The translations under genes and the position numbers were made by a program. A stretch of 20,088 nt of DNA from an uncultured virus (IMG/VR IMGVR_UViG_3300046386_000047) (Duplodnaviria; Heunggongvirae; Uroviricota; Caudoviricetes). The stretch lies in IMG/VR virus record IMGVR_UViG_3300046386_000047. One strand, 5' to 3'. Of this stretch, positions 7,761-15,912 are shown in pieces; position 1 is the first letter of the stretch, and every line of letters begins with the position of its first letter. The notes beneath the pieces are model-generated. The model ran no database searches and was not told the origin of the DNA. It saw only the letters and a program-made list of their open reading frames with translations.

Positions 7761-8738
7761 ATGGCTGGATACAAATTCCCGGACGAGCAGGACGATGACA
7801 ACATCACGTCCAAGCAAGAGCAGGACACTGATCTTGATGTGACCGTCTCAACTGACAACGATGTCGAGATCGAAATTGTCGACGACACGCCCGAGCGTGA
7901 CCGGGGCCGTAAGCCTCTGGACCGCGACGTGGCCGACCCCACGGACGACGAGATCGAGAGCTACTCCGACGGCGTCAAAAAGCGCATCAAGGAGCTGACC
8001 CACGCCCGTCACGACGAGCGCCGGGCCAAAGAGTCACTCTTGCGCGAGAAGCAAGAGTTGGAGCGCCTCGCCCAGCACATGGCGGCCGAGAACAACCGCC
8101 TCAAGCAATACGTCAACTCCGGCACCGAGCAGTACGCTGCTTCGCAGCTGCAGGTGGCCGAGTCTGAGGTCGAGAAGGCCAAGCGCCAGCTCAAAGAAGC
8201 GACCGAAGCGTTCGACACTGACGGCGTCATTGCGGCACAAGATGCCCTGATGGATGCCAAGATGAAGGTGCAGGCTGCAAAAAATTTCCGTCCAGCCTCT
8301 TTACAGGTTGAGGAAACTGCGGTACAAACTCAGCAAACGCAAGTACCACGTCAAGAACTGGACGACAAAACTGTTCGCTGGCAGGCAAAAAACCAGTGGT
8401 TCGGTTCTGCGGGGTACGAGGAAGTCACCAGCTTTGCACTAGGGCTGCACCAAAAACTAGTCAACTCCGGGGTTGATCCCCGCTCTGACGAATATTTCGA
8501 GCGCATTGATGCTCGCATGAAGTCGACGTTCCCCGAAGTTTTCGGTAAGGACGAAGACAAGCCAAAATCCGGCGACAGCTCCAAGCGACCTACCTCGGTT
8601 GTGGCTCCGGCGACTCGTTCGACTGGTGCCCGCAAAGTCCAGTTGACTCCCACGCAGGTTGCGTTGGCGAAGAAATATGGATTGACCCCGCAGCAATACG
8701 CTGCTGAAGTAGCAAAACTGGAGAAATCGAATGGCTGA
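7761..8738 (+). CDS. Probable capsid scaffolding protein
   Basis: Acidic N-terminus, long coiled coil, C-terminal LTPTQVALAKKYGLTPQQYA helix pair; located between portal and MCP; AAGGAG RBS. Confidence 0.7.
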   Translation: MAGYKFPDEQDDDNITSKQEQDTDLDVTVSTDNDVEIEIVDDTPERDRGRKPLDRDVADPTDDEIESYSDGVKKRIKELTHARHDERRAKESLLREKQELERLAQHMAAENNRLKQYVNSGTEQYAASQLQVAESEVEKAKRQLKEATEAFDTDGVIAAQDALMDAKMKVQAAKNFRPASLQVEETAVQTQQTQVPRQELDDKTVRWQAKNQWFGSAGYEEVTSFALGLHQKLVNSGVDPRSDEYFERIDARMKSTFPEVFGKDEDKPKSGDSSKRPTSVVAPATRSTGARKVQLTPTQVALAKKYGLTPQQYAAEVAKLEKSNG

Positions 8739-9189
8739 AACAACAACCCGGACCCCTCGTGCCCTTGAGGCACGCGAAAAGACGACTCGCTACGTGTACA
8801 CACCTGCGAGTGCACTGCCTGATCCAACCCCTGAACCCGGTATGGTGTATCGCTGGATTGCGACGCACGTACTTGGCGAAGCCCAAAACACGAACGTGTC
8901 TACCAAGATGCGCGAAGGTTGGGAACCGGTCAAAGCAGTCGACCATCCCGAGCTGATGCTTGAGGGTAATGCGAAAACCGGCAACGTCGAACTCGGCGGC
9001 CTCATGCTCTGCAAGATGCCACGCGAACGCGCCCAAGCCCGGGACGAGTATTACGCCAAACAGGCGCAGGCTCAGATGGAATCTGTTGATAACAGCTTCA
9101 TGCGAAACAATGACTCGCGGATGCCTCTGTTTGCGGAACGCAAGTCCACAACCAGTCGCGGAAGCGGTTTCGGTTCTGGTTCAAAGTAA
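8731..9189 (+). CDS. Phage head-module hypothetical protein
   Basis: Overlaps the scaffold gene; motifs YRWI, EGWEPV, GGLMLCK. Confidence 0.8.
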   Translation: MAETTTRTPRALEAREKTTRYVYTPASALPDPTPEPGMVYRWIATHVLGEAQNTNVSTKMREGWEPVKAVDHPELMLEGNAKTGNVELGGLMLCKMPRERAQARDEYYAKQAQAQMESVDNSFMRNNDSRMPLFAERKSTTSRGSGFGSGSK

Positions 9190-9203
9190 CAAGGAGTCCT
9201 TAA

Positions 9204-9806
9204 ATGGCTACCACTGCATCTCCCTACGGGCTGCGCCCCGTTAATCGCGTTGATGGCATGCCCTATGCTGGCGCAACTCAGACTTTTCTGATTGATCCTG
9301 CTGGCGAAGCCACCAACCTCTTCTATGGTCAGGTCGTCATCATTGGCGCAGACGGCTATTTGGCCCTCTCGACAGCCACTGGTGCTGACATCACGACCAA
9401 CAACCTCGGCGGCAGCGGCGTTGGTGCAATCGGCGTGTTCGTCGGTTGCGAATACGTCAACGCACAAGGTCAGGTGATTTTCAGCCAGTACTACCCCTCC
9501 GGTACAACCGGCGTGGTGTCGGCCAAGGTGATTACCGACCCCAACGTCGTGTTCCAAGCTCAGCTGGATGGTTCCGGCGCTCAGTCCGTTCTGGGCACCA
9601 ACACCTTCTTCGCCGCTGTGCAGAGCACCAGCACGGGTTCCACCCAGACTGGCAACTCGACCAGCGCGCTGGAGTCCACTGTGGTGACGACCGCTGCAGC
9701 TTTCCGTATTGTGGGCTTCGCGTCCACTCCCGGCGATGCGTTCACTGATGTGTTGGTTAAGTTCAACCCCAGTGCACACTCGTACTTGAACAACGTCGGC
9801 CTGTAA
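9204..9806 (+). CDS. Capsid-associated (decoration/cement-like) protein
   Basis: AAGGAG RBS; Gly/Thr/Ala-rich beta-type sequence immediately before the MCP. Function is positional inference. Confidence 0.6.
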   Translation: MATTASPYGLRPVNRVDGMPYAGATQTFLIDPAGEATNLFYGQVVIIGADGYLALSTATGADITTNNLGGSGVGAIGVFVGCEYVNAQGQVIFSQYYPSGTTGVVSAKVITDPNVVFQAQLDGSGAQSVLGTNTFFAAVQSTSTGSTQTGNSTSALESTVVTTAAAFRIVGFASTPGDAFTDVLVKFNPSAHSYLNNVGL

Positions 9807-9819
9807 GGAGTAACTCACC

Positions 9820-10752
9820 ATGGCAATTTCACGCGCACAACTGCTCAAAGAGCTGCTCCCCGGTCTGAACGCCTTGTTCGGTTTGGAATACGCACGCTAC
9901 GGCGAGCAACACAAAGAAATCTACGAAACAGAGAAATCTGAGCGTAGCTTTGAAGAAGAGACCAAGCTGTCCGGTTTCGGCGCTGCTCCTGTCAAGAGCG
10001 AAGGTTCCGCCATCGCTTACGACAACGCGCAGGAAGCCTTCACTGCACGCTACACCCACGAAACCATCGCTTTGGGCTTCTCCATCACTGAAGAAGCTGT
10101 GGAAGACAACCTGTACGACAGTCTGTCTGCCCGCTACACCAAGGCTCTGGCTCGCGGCATGGCCTACACCAAGCAAGTCAAAGCTGCTTCCGTGCTGAAC
10201 ACTGGCTTTGCCGGTACAGCTCTCGGCGGCGACGGCGTGTCTTTGTTCGGTAACAACTCCAGCGGCACTCGCGTTGGTCATCCTTTGGTTGGCGGTGGTG
10301 TGAACTACAACAGCCCAACCACTGGCGTTGACTTGAACGAGACATCGTTGGAAAACGCTACCATCCAGATCGCTGCTTGGACTGATGAACGTGGTCTGTT
10401 GATCGCGGCCAAACCAGTCAAGTTGATTATCCCTCCATCACTGATGTTCGTTGCCAAGCGCTTGCTGGACACCGAGCTGCGTGTTGGCACTGCTGACAAC
10501 GACATCAACGCGCTGAAGCAGATGGGCACGATCTCTGGCGGCTACACCGTCAACAACTTCTTGACCGACAACAACGCGTGGTTCCTGACCACAGACGTTC
10601 CGAACGGCCTGAAGCACTTCGAGCGTACCGCTCTGTCCACTTCCATGGACGGTGATTTCGATACCGGCAACGTGCGTTACAAAGCCCGCGAGCGCTACAG
10701 CTTTGGCTGGTCGGACCCGCTGGGTATGTGGGGCTCTTCGGGTTCGTCCTGA
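9820..10752 (+). CDS. Major capsid protein
   Basis: MAISRAQLLKELLPGLNALFGLEY...YKARERYSFGWSDP, recognised as an aquatic podophage MCP; AAGGAG RBS; followed by a strong terminator. Confidence 0.92.
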   Translation: MAISRAQLLKELLPGLNALFGLEYARYGEQHKEIYETEKSERSFEEETKLSGFGAAPVKSEGSAIAYDNAQEAFTARYTHETIALGFSITEEAVEDNLYDSLSARYTKALARGMAYTKQVKAASVLNTGFAGTALGGDGVSLFGNNSSGTRVGHPLVGGGVNYNSPTTGVDLNETSLENATIQIAAWTDERGLLIAAKPVKLIIPPSLMFVAKRLLDTELRVGTADNDINALKQMGTISGGYTVNNFLTDNNAWFLTTDVPNGLKHFERTALSTSMDGDFDTGNVRYKARERYSFGWSDPLGMWGSSGSS

Positions 10753-10759
10753 TGAGAAT

Positions 10760-10790
10760 GAAAAAGGGGCCTTGTGCCCCTTTTTCTTTT
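10760..10790 (+). terminator. Intrinsic (bidirectional-looking) terminator after MCP
   Basis: GAAAAAGGGGC-CTTGT-GCCCCTTTTTC-TTTT. Confidence 0.9.
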
Positions 10791-10800
10791 GGTGTATATT
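10772..10800 (+). promoter_or_regulatory. Putative promoter overlapping the terminator
   Basis: TTGTGC-17bp-TATATT. Confidence 0.55.
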
Positions 10801-10809
10801 GCCCCAACT

Positions 10810-10881
10810 CCCGGACTTTTCCGGTGTATCTGACGGCTCCGGGCCGACGACATGCAGACAGATACGCCTCAACTCGCATGT
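10810..10881 (+). ncRNA. Candidate pseudoknotted structured RNA (possibly Polynucleobacter-1-like motif)
   Basis: Three crossing helices: 10810-15/10838-43, 10823-32/10859-68 and 10850-55/10876-81; the family assignment is unverified recall. Confidence 0.65.
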
Positions 10882-10892
10882 GAGGAATCATC

Positions 10893-11126
10893 ATGGCAAA
10901 TACCACCTTCAACGGCCCAGTTCGTTCCGAAAACGGCTTTCAATCCGTCACCAAGAACGCCACTACCGGTGCTGTCACTGTGACCGCCACATTCGGCGCA
11001 GCCACTTCTGTGACCACCATCTCTGCCACTGGCACAGCCAACGTGATCGTCATCCCTACGGTTGACCCAGCTGTTGCTGGCGCGATCTGGAACAACGCTG
11101 GCACTTTGGCCATCTCCGCCGGTTAA
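10893..11126 (+). CDS. Small virion-type protein (77 aa)
   Basis: GAGG RBS; MANTTFNGPVRSENGF N-terminus, Thr/Ala-rich, ends GAIWNNAGTLAISAG. Confidence 0.85.
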   Translation: MANTTFNGPVRSENGFQSVTKNATTGAVTVTATFGAATSVTTISATGTANVIVIPTVDPAVAGAIWNNAGTLAISAG

Positions 11127-11133
11127 TTGATCT

Positions 11134-11151
11134 CAGGGGCTCCGGCCCCTG
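11134..11151 (+). other. Intergenic UNCG-tetraloop hairpin
   Basis: CAGGGGC-TCCG-GCCCCTG followed by only a short T run. Confidence 0.65.
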
Positions 11152-11169
11152 CTTTACAGGAGATTGATT

Positions 11170-11457
11170 ATGACGATGCAAACCGATGTCAGATCGCAGC
11201 ACCTGACAGCAAGCGGCGCTATTGCCAGCTCTGCCCGAAACCGCCTCAAGTCCATTTCGTATCGGGGCGATGGCACTGACGGGTACGTGAAATTGCGTGA
11301 TGGCAGCGCTGGCGGCACGGTTCTGTGCGAGCTTGATGTGGGCACGAGCGACACGTTCACCATCTACGTTCTGCTTCCGGGACAAGGAATTTTGTTTCCA
11401 AACGGAATCTACGTAGACATTTCGCACGTAAGTGCGACGACGGTGTTTTATGGCTAA
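11170..11457 (+). CDS. Hypothetical virion-type protein (95 aa)
   Basis: AGGAG at 11158-62, ATG at 11170; beta-rich, ends PGQGILFPNGIYVD...TVFYG. Confidence 0.85.
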   Translation: MTMQTDVRSQHLTASGAIASSARNRLKSISYRGDGTDGYVKLRDGSAGGTVLCELDVGTSDTFTIYVLLPGQGILFPNGIYVDISHVSATTVFYG

Positions 11458-11704
11458 GACTCCAGCATGGACACGCAAAGAAGGCAAGTCCGAGAAGGGC
11501 GGCTTGAACGCGAAAGGGCGGGCGTCTTACAATAAGGCGAACCCCGGCAAGCCCGGCCTGAAGGCTCCCCAGCCCGAGGGCGGCAAACGCCGCGACTCTT
11601 TCTGCGCCCGCATGGAAGGCATGAAGAAGAAGCTGACCGGCGAGAAGGCCAAGAAAGACCCGGACTCCCGTATCAACAAAAGCCTGCGGGCTTGGAAGTG
11701 CTGA
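11450..11704 (+). CDS. Basic protein, DUF6321-like (84 aa)
   Basis: MAKTPAWTRKEGK..GGLNAKGRASY...RRDSFCARM...SRINKSLRAWKC; overlaps the upstream gene. Confidence 0.8.
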   Translation: MAKTPAWTRKEGKSEKGGLNAKGRASYNKANPGKPGLKAPQPEGGKRRDSFCARMEGMKKKLTGEKAKKDPDSRINKSLRAWKC

Positions 11705-11705
11705 T

Positions 11706-11909
11706 ATGACACAGAACCACGACACCGTGAAGAACACGCTGGACATTCTTTCTGTGTTTGCAGCTATCGGGGCCTTTTTGCAAATGTTGACCCCTGTTTT
11801 TGGTTTGATTGGTGCCGTCTGGACCTTGATGCGGATCGCTGAAATGATCGCAGGCAAGCCGTTCGCGGAGATCATCCGCCGGAAGAAACCGGATTCGGAC
11901 CAAGCGTAA
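11706..11909 (+). CDS. Small membrane protein (holin-like candidate)
   Basis: Hydrophobic segments ILSVFAAIGAFLQML and VFGLIGAVWTLMRI, with a basic C-terminus. Confidence 0.7.
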   Translation: MTQNHDTVKNTLDILSVFAAIGAFLQMLTPVFGLIGAVWTLMRIAEMIAGKPFAEIIRRKKPDSDQA

Positions 11910-11957
11910 GATTTTTCAACTGCGGACAAGCGCCGCAAATTTAAAGAAGGTGGCGAT

Positions 11958-12149
11958 ATGAAAATGGGCAAACCAACAATGAAGAGCGGTATGGACAAGG
12001 CCAAGGACGGCATGAAGAAGCCTACACCCTTTGCCAAGGGCAAGATGCCTGCGTTCGCCAAGGGCGGCGCGATCGACGGTATCGCCTCCAAGGGCAAGAC
12101 CAAAGGCAAAATCATCACCATGGCTGGCGGCGGCAAAGCCTGCAAGTAA
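11958..12149 (+). CDS. Small Lys/Gly/Met-rich protein (63 aa)
   Basis: ORF in the operon; FAKGG and DGIASKGKTKG motifs. Confidence 0.75.
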   Translation: MKMGKPTMKSGMDKAKDGMKKPTPFAKGKMPAFAKGGAIDGIASKGKTKGKIITMAGGGKACK

Positions 12150-12151
12150 GC

Positions 12152-12427
12152 ATGATCGCCAGTCGCGGCATGGGGAACATCGCCCCCTCCAAGATGCCCA
12201 AAGGCGTGCGTAAAGCACGCCGGGATGACACCGACTTCACGCAGTACGCTGAAGGCGGCAAAGTCAATGCGGCTGGCAATTACACCAAGCCCAGTTTGCG
12301 CAAGCGGATTGTGAGCCAAGTCAAAGCGGCTGCAACGCAGGGCACAGGGGCAGGCCAGTGGTCAGCCCGCAAAGCACAGCTCGTGGCCAAGAAGTACAAA
12401 GCCGCTGGCGGCAAGTACAAGGACTGA
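12152..12427 (+). CDS. Basic protein resembling the N-terminal half of DUF5872-like proteins
   Basis: NYTKPSLRKRI...GQWSARKAQLVAKKYKAAGG. Confidence 0.75.
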   Translation: MIASRGMGNIAPSKMPKGVRKARRDDTDFTQYAEGGKVNAAGNYTKPSLRKRIVSQVKAAATQGTGAGQWSARKAQLVAKKYKAAGGKYKD

Positions 12428-12428
12428 C

Positions 12429-12662
12429 GTGAAAGCCCCGCAGAAGTCGCTCAAAGATTGGGGGGATGCTAAGTGGCGCACCAAGAGCGGCAAGCCGTCT
12501 TCAAAAACTGGCGAGCGCTACCTGCCGGAGAAGGCGATAAAATCGCTCAGCCCCGCAGAGTATGCGGCCACCACCAAAGCCAAGCGTGCTGGTAAGGCGG
12601 CGGGCAAACAGTTTGTGGCCCAGCCCAAGACCATCGCCAAAAAGACAGCGAGCTTCAGATGA
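12429..12662 (+). CDS. Basic protein resembling the C-terminal half of DUF5872-like proteins
   Basis: GTG start, AAGGA upstream; QKSLKDW...WRTKSGKPS..GERYLP...GKQFVAQP. Confidence 0.75.
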   Translation: MKAPQKSLKDWGDAKWRTKSGKPSSKTGERYLPEKAIKSLSPAEYAATTKAKRAGKAAGKQFVAQPKTIAKKTASFR

Positions 12663-13357
12663 CAACTTCCGGCACCTCTGCATTCAACCTCGACCTGACG
12701 GAAATCGTTGAGGAAGCGTTCGAGCGCAACGGTTCGGAGTTGCGCACGGGCTACGACCTGAAGACCGCACGCCGGTCTTTGAACTTGCTGTTTGCTGACT
12801 GGGCCAACCGGGGCATCAATATGTGGACGTTTGAGCAGGGCTCCCAAGTCCTGACCCCGGGCGTGGCCACGTACGAGCTTCCGGCCGACACGGTGGATTT
12901 GCTTGAGCACGTCATCCGCACGGGCGCGGGCAGCGCTTCGACGCAGGCAGACCTGACCATCACGCGTATCAGTGTTTCCACGTACGCCACGATCCCCAAC
13001 AAACTGCAGCAAGCCCGCCCCATCCAGATTTGGATTGAGCGCTTGAACACACCGCGCTACACCGTGTGGCCTGTGCCAGATGACAGCCAGACCTACACGC
13101 TCGTGTACTGGCGACTGCGCCGCATCCAAGACGCTGGCAACGGCGTCAACACGATGGACATGCCGTTCCGTTTCATCCCCGCGATGATTGCGGGCCTGTC
13201 GTACTACTTGGCCATGAAACTGCCCGGGGGCATGGAGCGTCTGGGTGTTTTGAAGGCTCAGTACGACGAGGCTTGGGACCTTGCCTCTTCCGAAGACCGC
13301 GAGAAGGCCGCTGTGCGCTTTGTGCCACGCCGCCAGTACATTGGAAGCGGGACCTAA
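12659..13357 (+). CDS. Probable head-tail connector/adaptor protein
   Basis: 232 aa; helical N- and C-termini (ARRSLNLLFADW, GLSYYLA) around a beta core with VWPVPD; ATGA overlap. Confidence 0.65.
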   Translation: MTTSGTSAFNLDLTEIVEEAFERNGSELRTGYDLKTARRSLNLLFADWANRGINMWTFEQGSQVLTPGVATYELPADTVDLLEHVIRTGAGSASTQADLTITRISVSTYATIPNKLQQARPIQIWIERLNTPRYTVWPVPDDSQTYTLVYWRLRRIQDAGNGVNTMDMPFRFIPAMIAGLSYYLAMKLPGGMERLGVLKAQYDEAWDLASSEDREKAAVRFVPRRQYIGSGT

Positions 13358-13747
13358 ATGGGCAATCGGTTTGCCAGTGCCAAGAACTCGATCGCCCAGT
13401 GCGATCGTTGTGGTTTCCGCTTTAAGCTCACAGAGCTGCGCAAGGAAATCATCAAGACCAAGACCTACAATCTCTTGGTTTGCGATTCTTGCTGGGACCC
13501 CGATCAGCCGCAGCTCCAGCTGGGCATGTACCCTGTGGACGACCCGCAAGCGGTGCGCAACCCGCGCCGGGACACCACATACGTCACAGCCGGGCCCAAC
13601 GTGGCAGGCTTCCCGACAGGCGGTAGCCGAGACATCCAGTGGGGTTGGAACCCTGTTGGCGGAGCCCGGTTCTTTGAAGACGAGCTAACCCCGAACTACT
13701 TGGTGTTGACTACGGCAGTCGGCCAAGTGACAATCTCAACATCCTAA
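13358..13747 (+). CDS. Hypothetical protein with CxxC...CxxC motif (129 aa)
   Basis: CDRCGF...LLVCDSCWDPDQPQL. Confidence 0.8.
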   Translation: MGNRFASAKNSIAQCDRCGFRFKLTELRKEIIKTKTYNLLVCDSCWDPDQPQLQLGMYPVDDPQAVRNPRRDTTYVTAGPNVAGFPTGGSRDIQWGWNPVGGARFFEDELTPNYLVLTTAVGQVTISTS

Positions 13748-13758
13748 AGGAGTTCATC

Positions 13759-13923
13759 ATGGACGCAAAGAAAGCAGTGCGCAAGCACGAAGCAAATATG
13801 CACCCCGGCCAAAAGCCCACCAAGCTGCGTGCTGGTGGCAAGACCAACAGCGACATGCTGAAAATGGGTCGTGGCTTGGCCAAAGTCGCCAACCAAAAAT
13901 CCCCCGGCCGCAAAGGAGCCTAA
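13759..13923 (+). CDS. Small basic protein (54 aa)
   Basis: Below the ORF-track cut-off; AAGGAG RBS; MDAKKAVRKHEANMHPGQKPTKLRAGGKTNSDMLKMGRGLAKVANQKSPGRKGA. Confidence 0.8.
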   Translation: MDAKKAVRKHEANMHPGQKPTKLRAGGKTNSDMLKMGRGLAKVANQKSPGRKGA

Positions 13924-13924
13924 T

Positions 13925-14128
13925 ATGGCAACGTACCGCTCCCCCAAGCCTGCTGCTACGCAGGCCGTTTTGCCTGACACGGACAACAAGAAGTACATGC
14001 GCGACATGAACGTCTCTGTTGGCACGAACCACAGCAACGACTACAAGCCAACCAAGACCTCGGGCATCAAGGTTCGCGGCACGGGTGCGGCCACAAAAGG
14101 TTTGCTTGCAAGAGGTCCGATGGCCTGA
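13925..14128 (+). CDS. Small basic protein (67 aa)
   Basis: AAGGAG upstream of ATG 13925; ends GIKVRGTGAATKGLLARGPMA. Confidence 0.8.
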   Translation: MATYRSPKPAATQAVLPDTDNKKYMRDMNVSVGTNHSNDYKPTKTSGIKVRGTGAATKGLLARGPMA

Positions 14129-14130
14129 TT

Positions 14131-14805
14131 ATGAGCACGCCTGTTGCTATCTACAAAATTCAAAATGCCGTTGACGGCAGGATGTACATCGGGCAATCGG
14201 TGAATCCTGCACAACGTGCAAAAAGACATTTTTGGAAAAACAACAAGTGCGTCAAACTTGGTAATGCACTCCAGCGTTACGGGCACGACTCTTTTTCTTT
14301 TTCCGTTTTGTACTGGTGCAAAGACAAGGCCGATGCAAACGAAGTTGAGGCGCTGCTGATTGATTTGGGCGACACACGCGCAAACGGCTACAACATAACT
14401 CCCGGTGGGTACGGAACAGGCGCAGGGCAGGATAACCCGTTCTTCGGTAGGCAGCACTCCGAAGAAACAAAAGCGCGTCTTTCGGACGGCAAGCGCGGCG
14501 TACCGATGCCAGAAAGCATGCGCCAAAAGATTGCAGACGCCAACAGAACCCGTACAATGGCGGAAGTTACCAAAGAAAAACTGCGGGCTCGACCAAAGTC
14601 CGAGTTGTGTAGTGCACGCACTGCGGAAGCAAACCGTGCGCGTGTTTGGACCCCAGAGGCCCGGGAAAAACTTGCTGTGCAAAACAGGGGTAAGAAAATG
14701 TCAGAAGAAACGCGTTTAAAAATTGCAGCTGCAAACAAACGCCGGGTTTGGTCTTCTGAATCCCGAGCTAAGCTGGCTGCCGCCAAGAGTAAGGTGCAGC
14801 CATGA
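14131..14805 (+). mobile_element. Free-standing GIY-YIG homing endonuclease with NUMOD3 repeats
   Basis: AIYKIQNAVDGRMYIGQS, conserved R/E/N (GYN), NPFFGRQHSEETKARLS and GKKMSEETRLKIA; more AT-rich than its neighbours. Confidence 0.9.
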
Positions 14806-15482
14806 ACTACACCCAGTTGACCGCTGCCATCTGCGATTACACGCAGAACTTTGAACAGGACTTTGTTGCGAACATCCCGGTGTTCGTGCAGCAGGCCGAG
14901 CAGCGCATCTACAACACGGTGCAGTTCCCCTCGCTTCGCAAGAACATGACAGGCACGCTCACCGCGAGCAACAAGTATCTGTCCGCCCCGGGCGACTTCT
15001 TGGCTGTGTATTCACTGGCGGTGGTGGACGCCACTGGCGCGTACGAGTACCTGCTGAACAAGGATGTGAACTTCATCCGGCAGGCATACCCAACGCCAAC
15101 GAGCACGGGGCTGCCGAAGTACTACGCTTTGTTTGGCCCCACCACGACCAACTCCGCACCGCCCGTCATCACAAACGAGTTGTCGTTTATTCTGGGCCCA
15201 ACGCCGGATGCCGCGTACACGGTGGAGTTGCACTTTTACTATTACCCTGAGTCGATCTCCACTGCGGCTTCTGGCCAGACATGGCTGGGCGACAACTTCG
15301 ACTCCGTGCTGCTGTACGGCTCACTGGTTGAGGCGATCACGTTCATGAAGGGCGAAGCCGACATGGTTCAGCTGTACAACACCAAGTACACCGAGGCGCT
15401 CGCACTGGCCAAACGTCTGGGCGATGGCATGGAAAGAACCGACAGTTATAGAACTGGTCAGTACCGACAGGCGGTGACTTGA
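14802..15482 (+). CDS. Probable tail/connector structural protein (226 aa)
   Basis: MNYTQL...FVQQAEQRI...LGPTPD...LLYGSLVEA, adaptor-like architecture. Confidence 0.65.
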   Translation: MNYTQLTAAICDYTQNFEQDFVANIPVFVQQAEQRIYNTVQFPSLRKNMTGTLTASNKYLSAPGDFLAVYSLAVVDATGAYEYLLNKDVNFIRQAYPTPTSTGLPKYYALFGPTTTNSAPPVITNELSFILGPTPDAAYTVELHFYYYPESISTAASGQTWLGDNFDSVLLYGSLVEAITFMKGEADMVQLYNTKYTEALALAKRLGDGMERTDSYRTGQYRQAVT

Positions 15483-15483
15483 T

Positions 15484-15900
15484 ATGGCGTTTGACCAAAC
15501 CCTCACCACGAGCTTCAAGCAGGACATCCTGCTTGGGGTTCACGACCTTGAGACAGACGACATCAAGATGGCGCTGTTCTTGGCCACGGCCGACTTGGGC
15601 GCAGCCACCACTGTTTACACAACAACCGGTGAAACGTCCGGCACAGGCTACACGTCCGGCGGCCAGACTTTGACTGGCGTGACTGTGATGACCTCGGGCA
15701 CAACCGCGTACGTGGACTTTGCTGACCCTTCGTGGGACCCGGCCAGCTTCACTGCTCGCGGAGCGCTGATCTACAACGCCAGCAAGAGCAACAAAGCGAT
15801 TGCGGTCTTGGACTTCGGGTCGGACAAAACGACGACCACAACATTCACGGTGCAGATGCCCGCCAACACAGCGACCAGTGCGCTGATTCGTATTTCCTAA
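15484..15900 (+). CDS. Virion structural (tail-associated) protein (138 aa)
   Basis: Thr-rich beta sequence, GYTSGG and FTARGALIYN motifs. Confidence 0.75.
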   Translation: MAFDQTLTTSFKQDILLGVHDLETDDIKMALFLATADLGAATTVYTTTGETSGTGYTSGGQTLTGVTVMTSGTTAYVDFADPSWDPASFTARGALIYNASKSNKAIAVLDFGSDKTTTTTFTVQMPANTATSALIRIS

Positions 15901-15912
15901 AAGGAGTTTCCA

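Noticed and set aside
10749..10765. CTGATGAG...GAAA as a hammerhead ribozyme core
   Set aside because: No stem II or flanking helices; explained by tandem stop codons and the terminator arm
14100..14830. Group I intron around the endonuclease
   Set aside because: Flanking genes look complete and there is no non-coding space for an intron core
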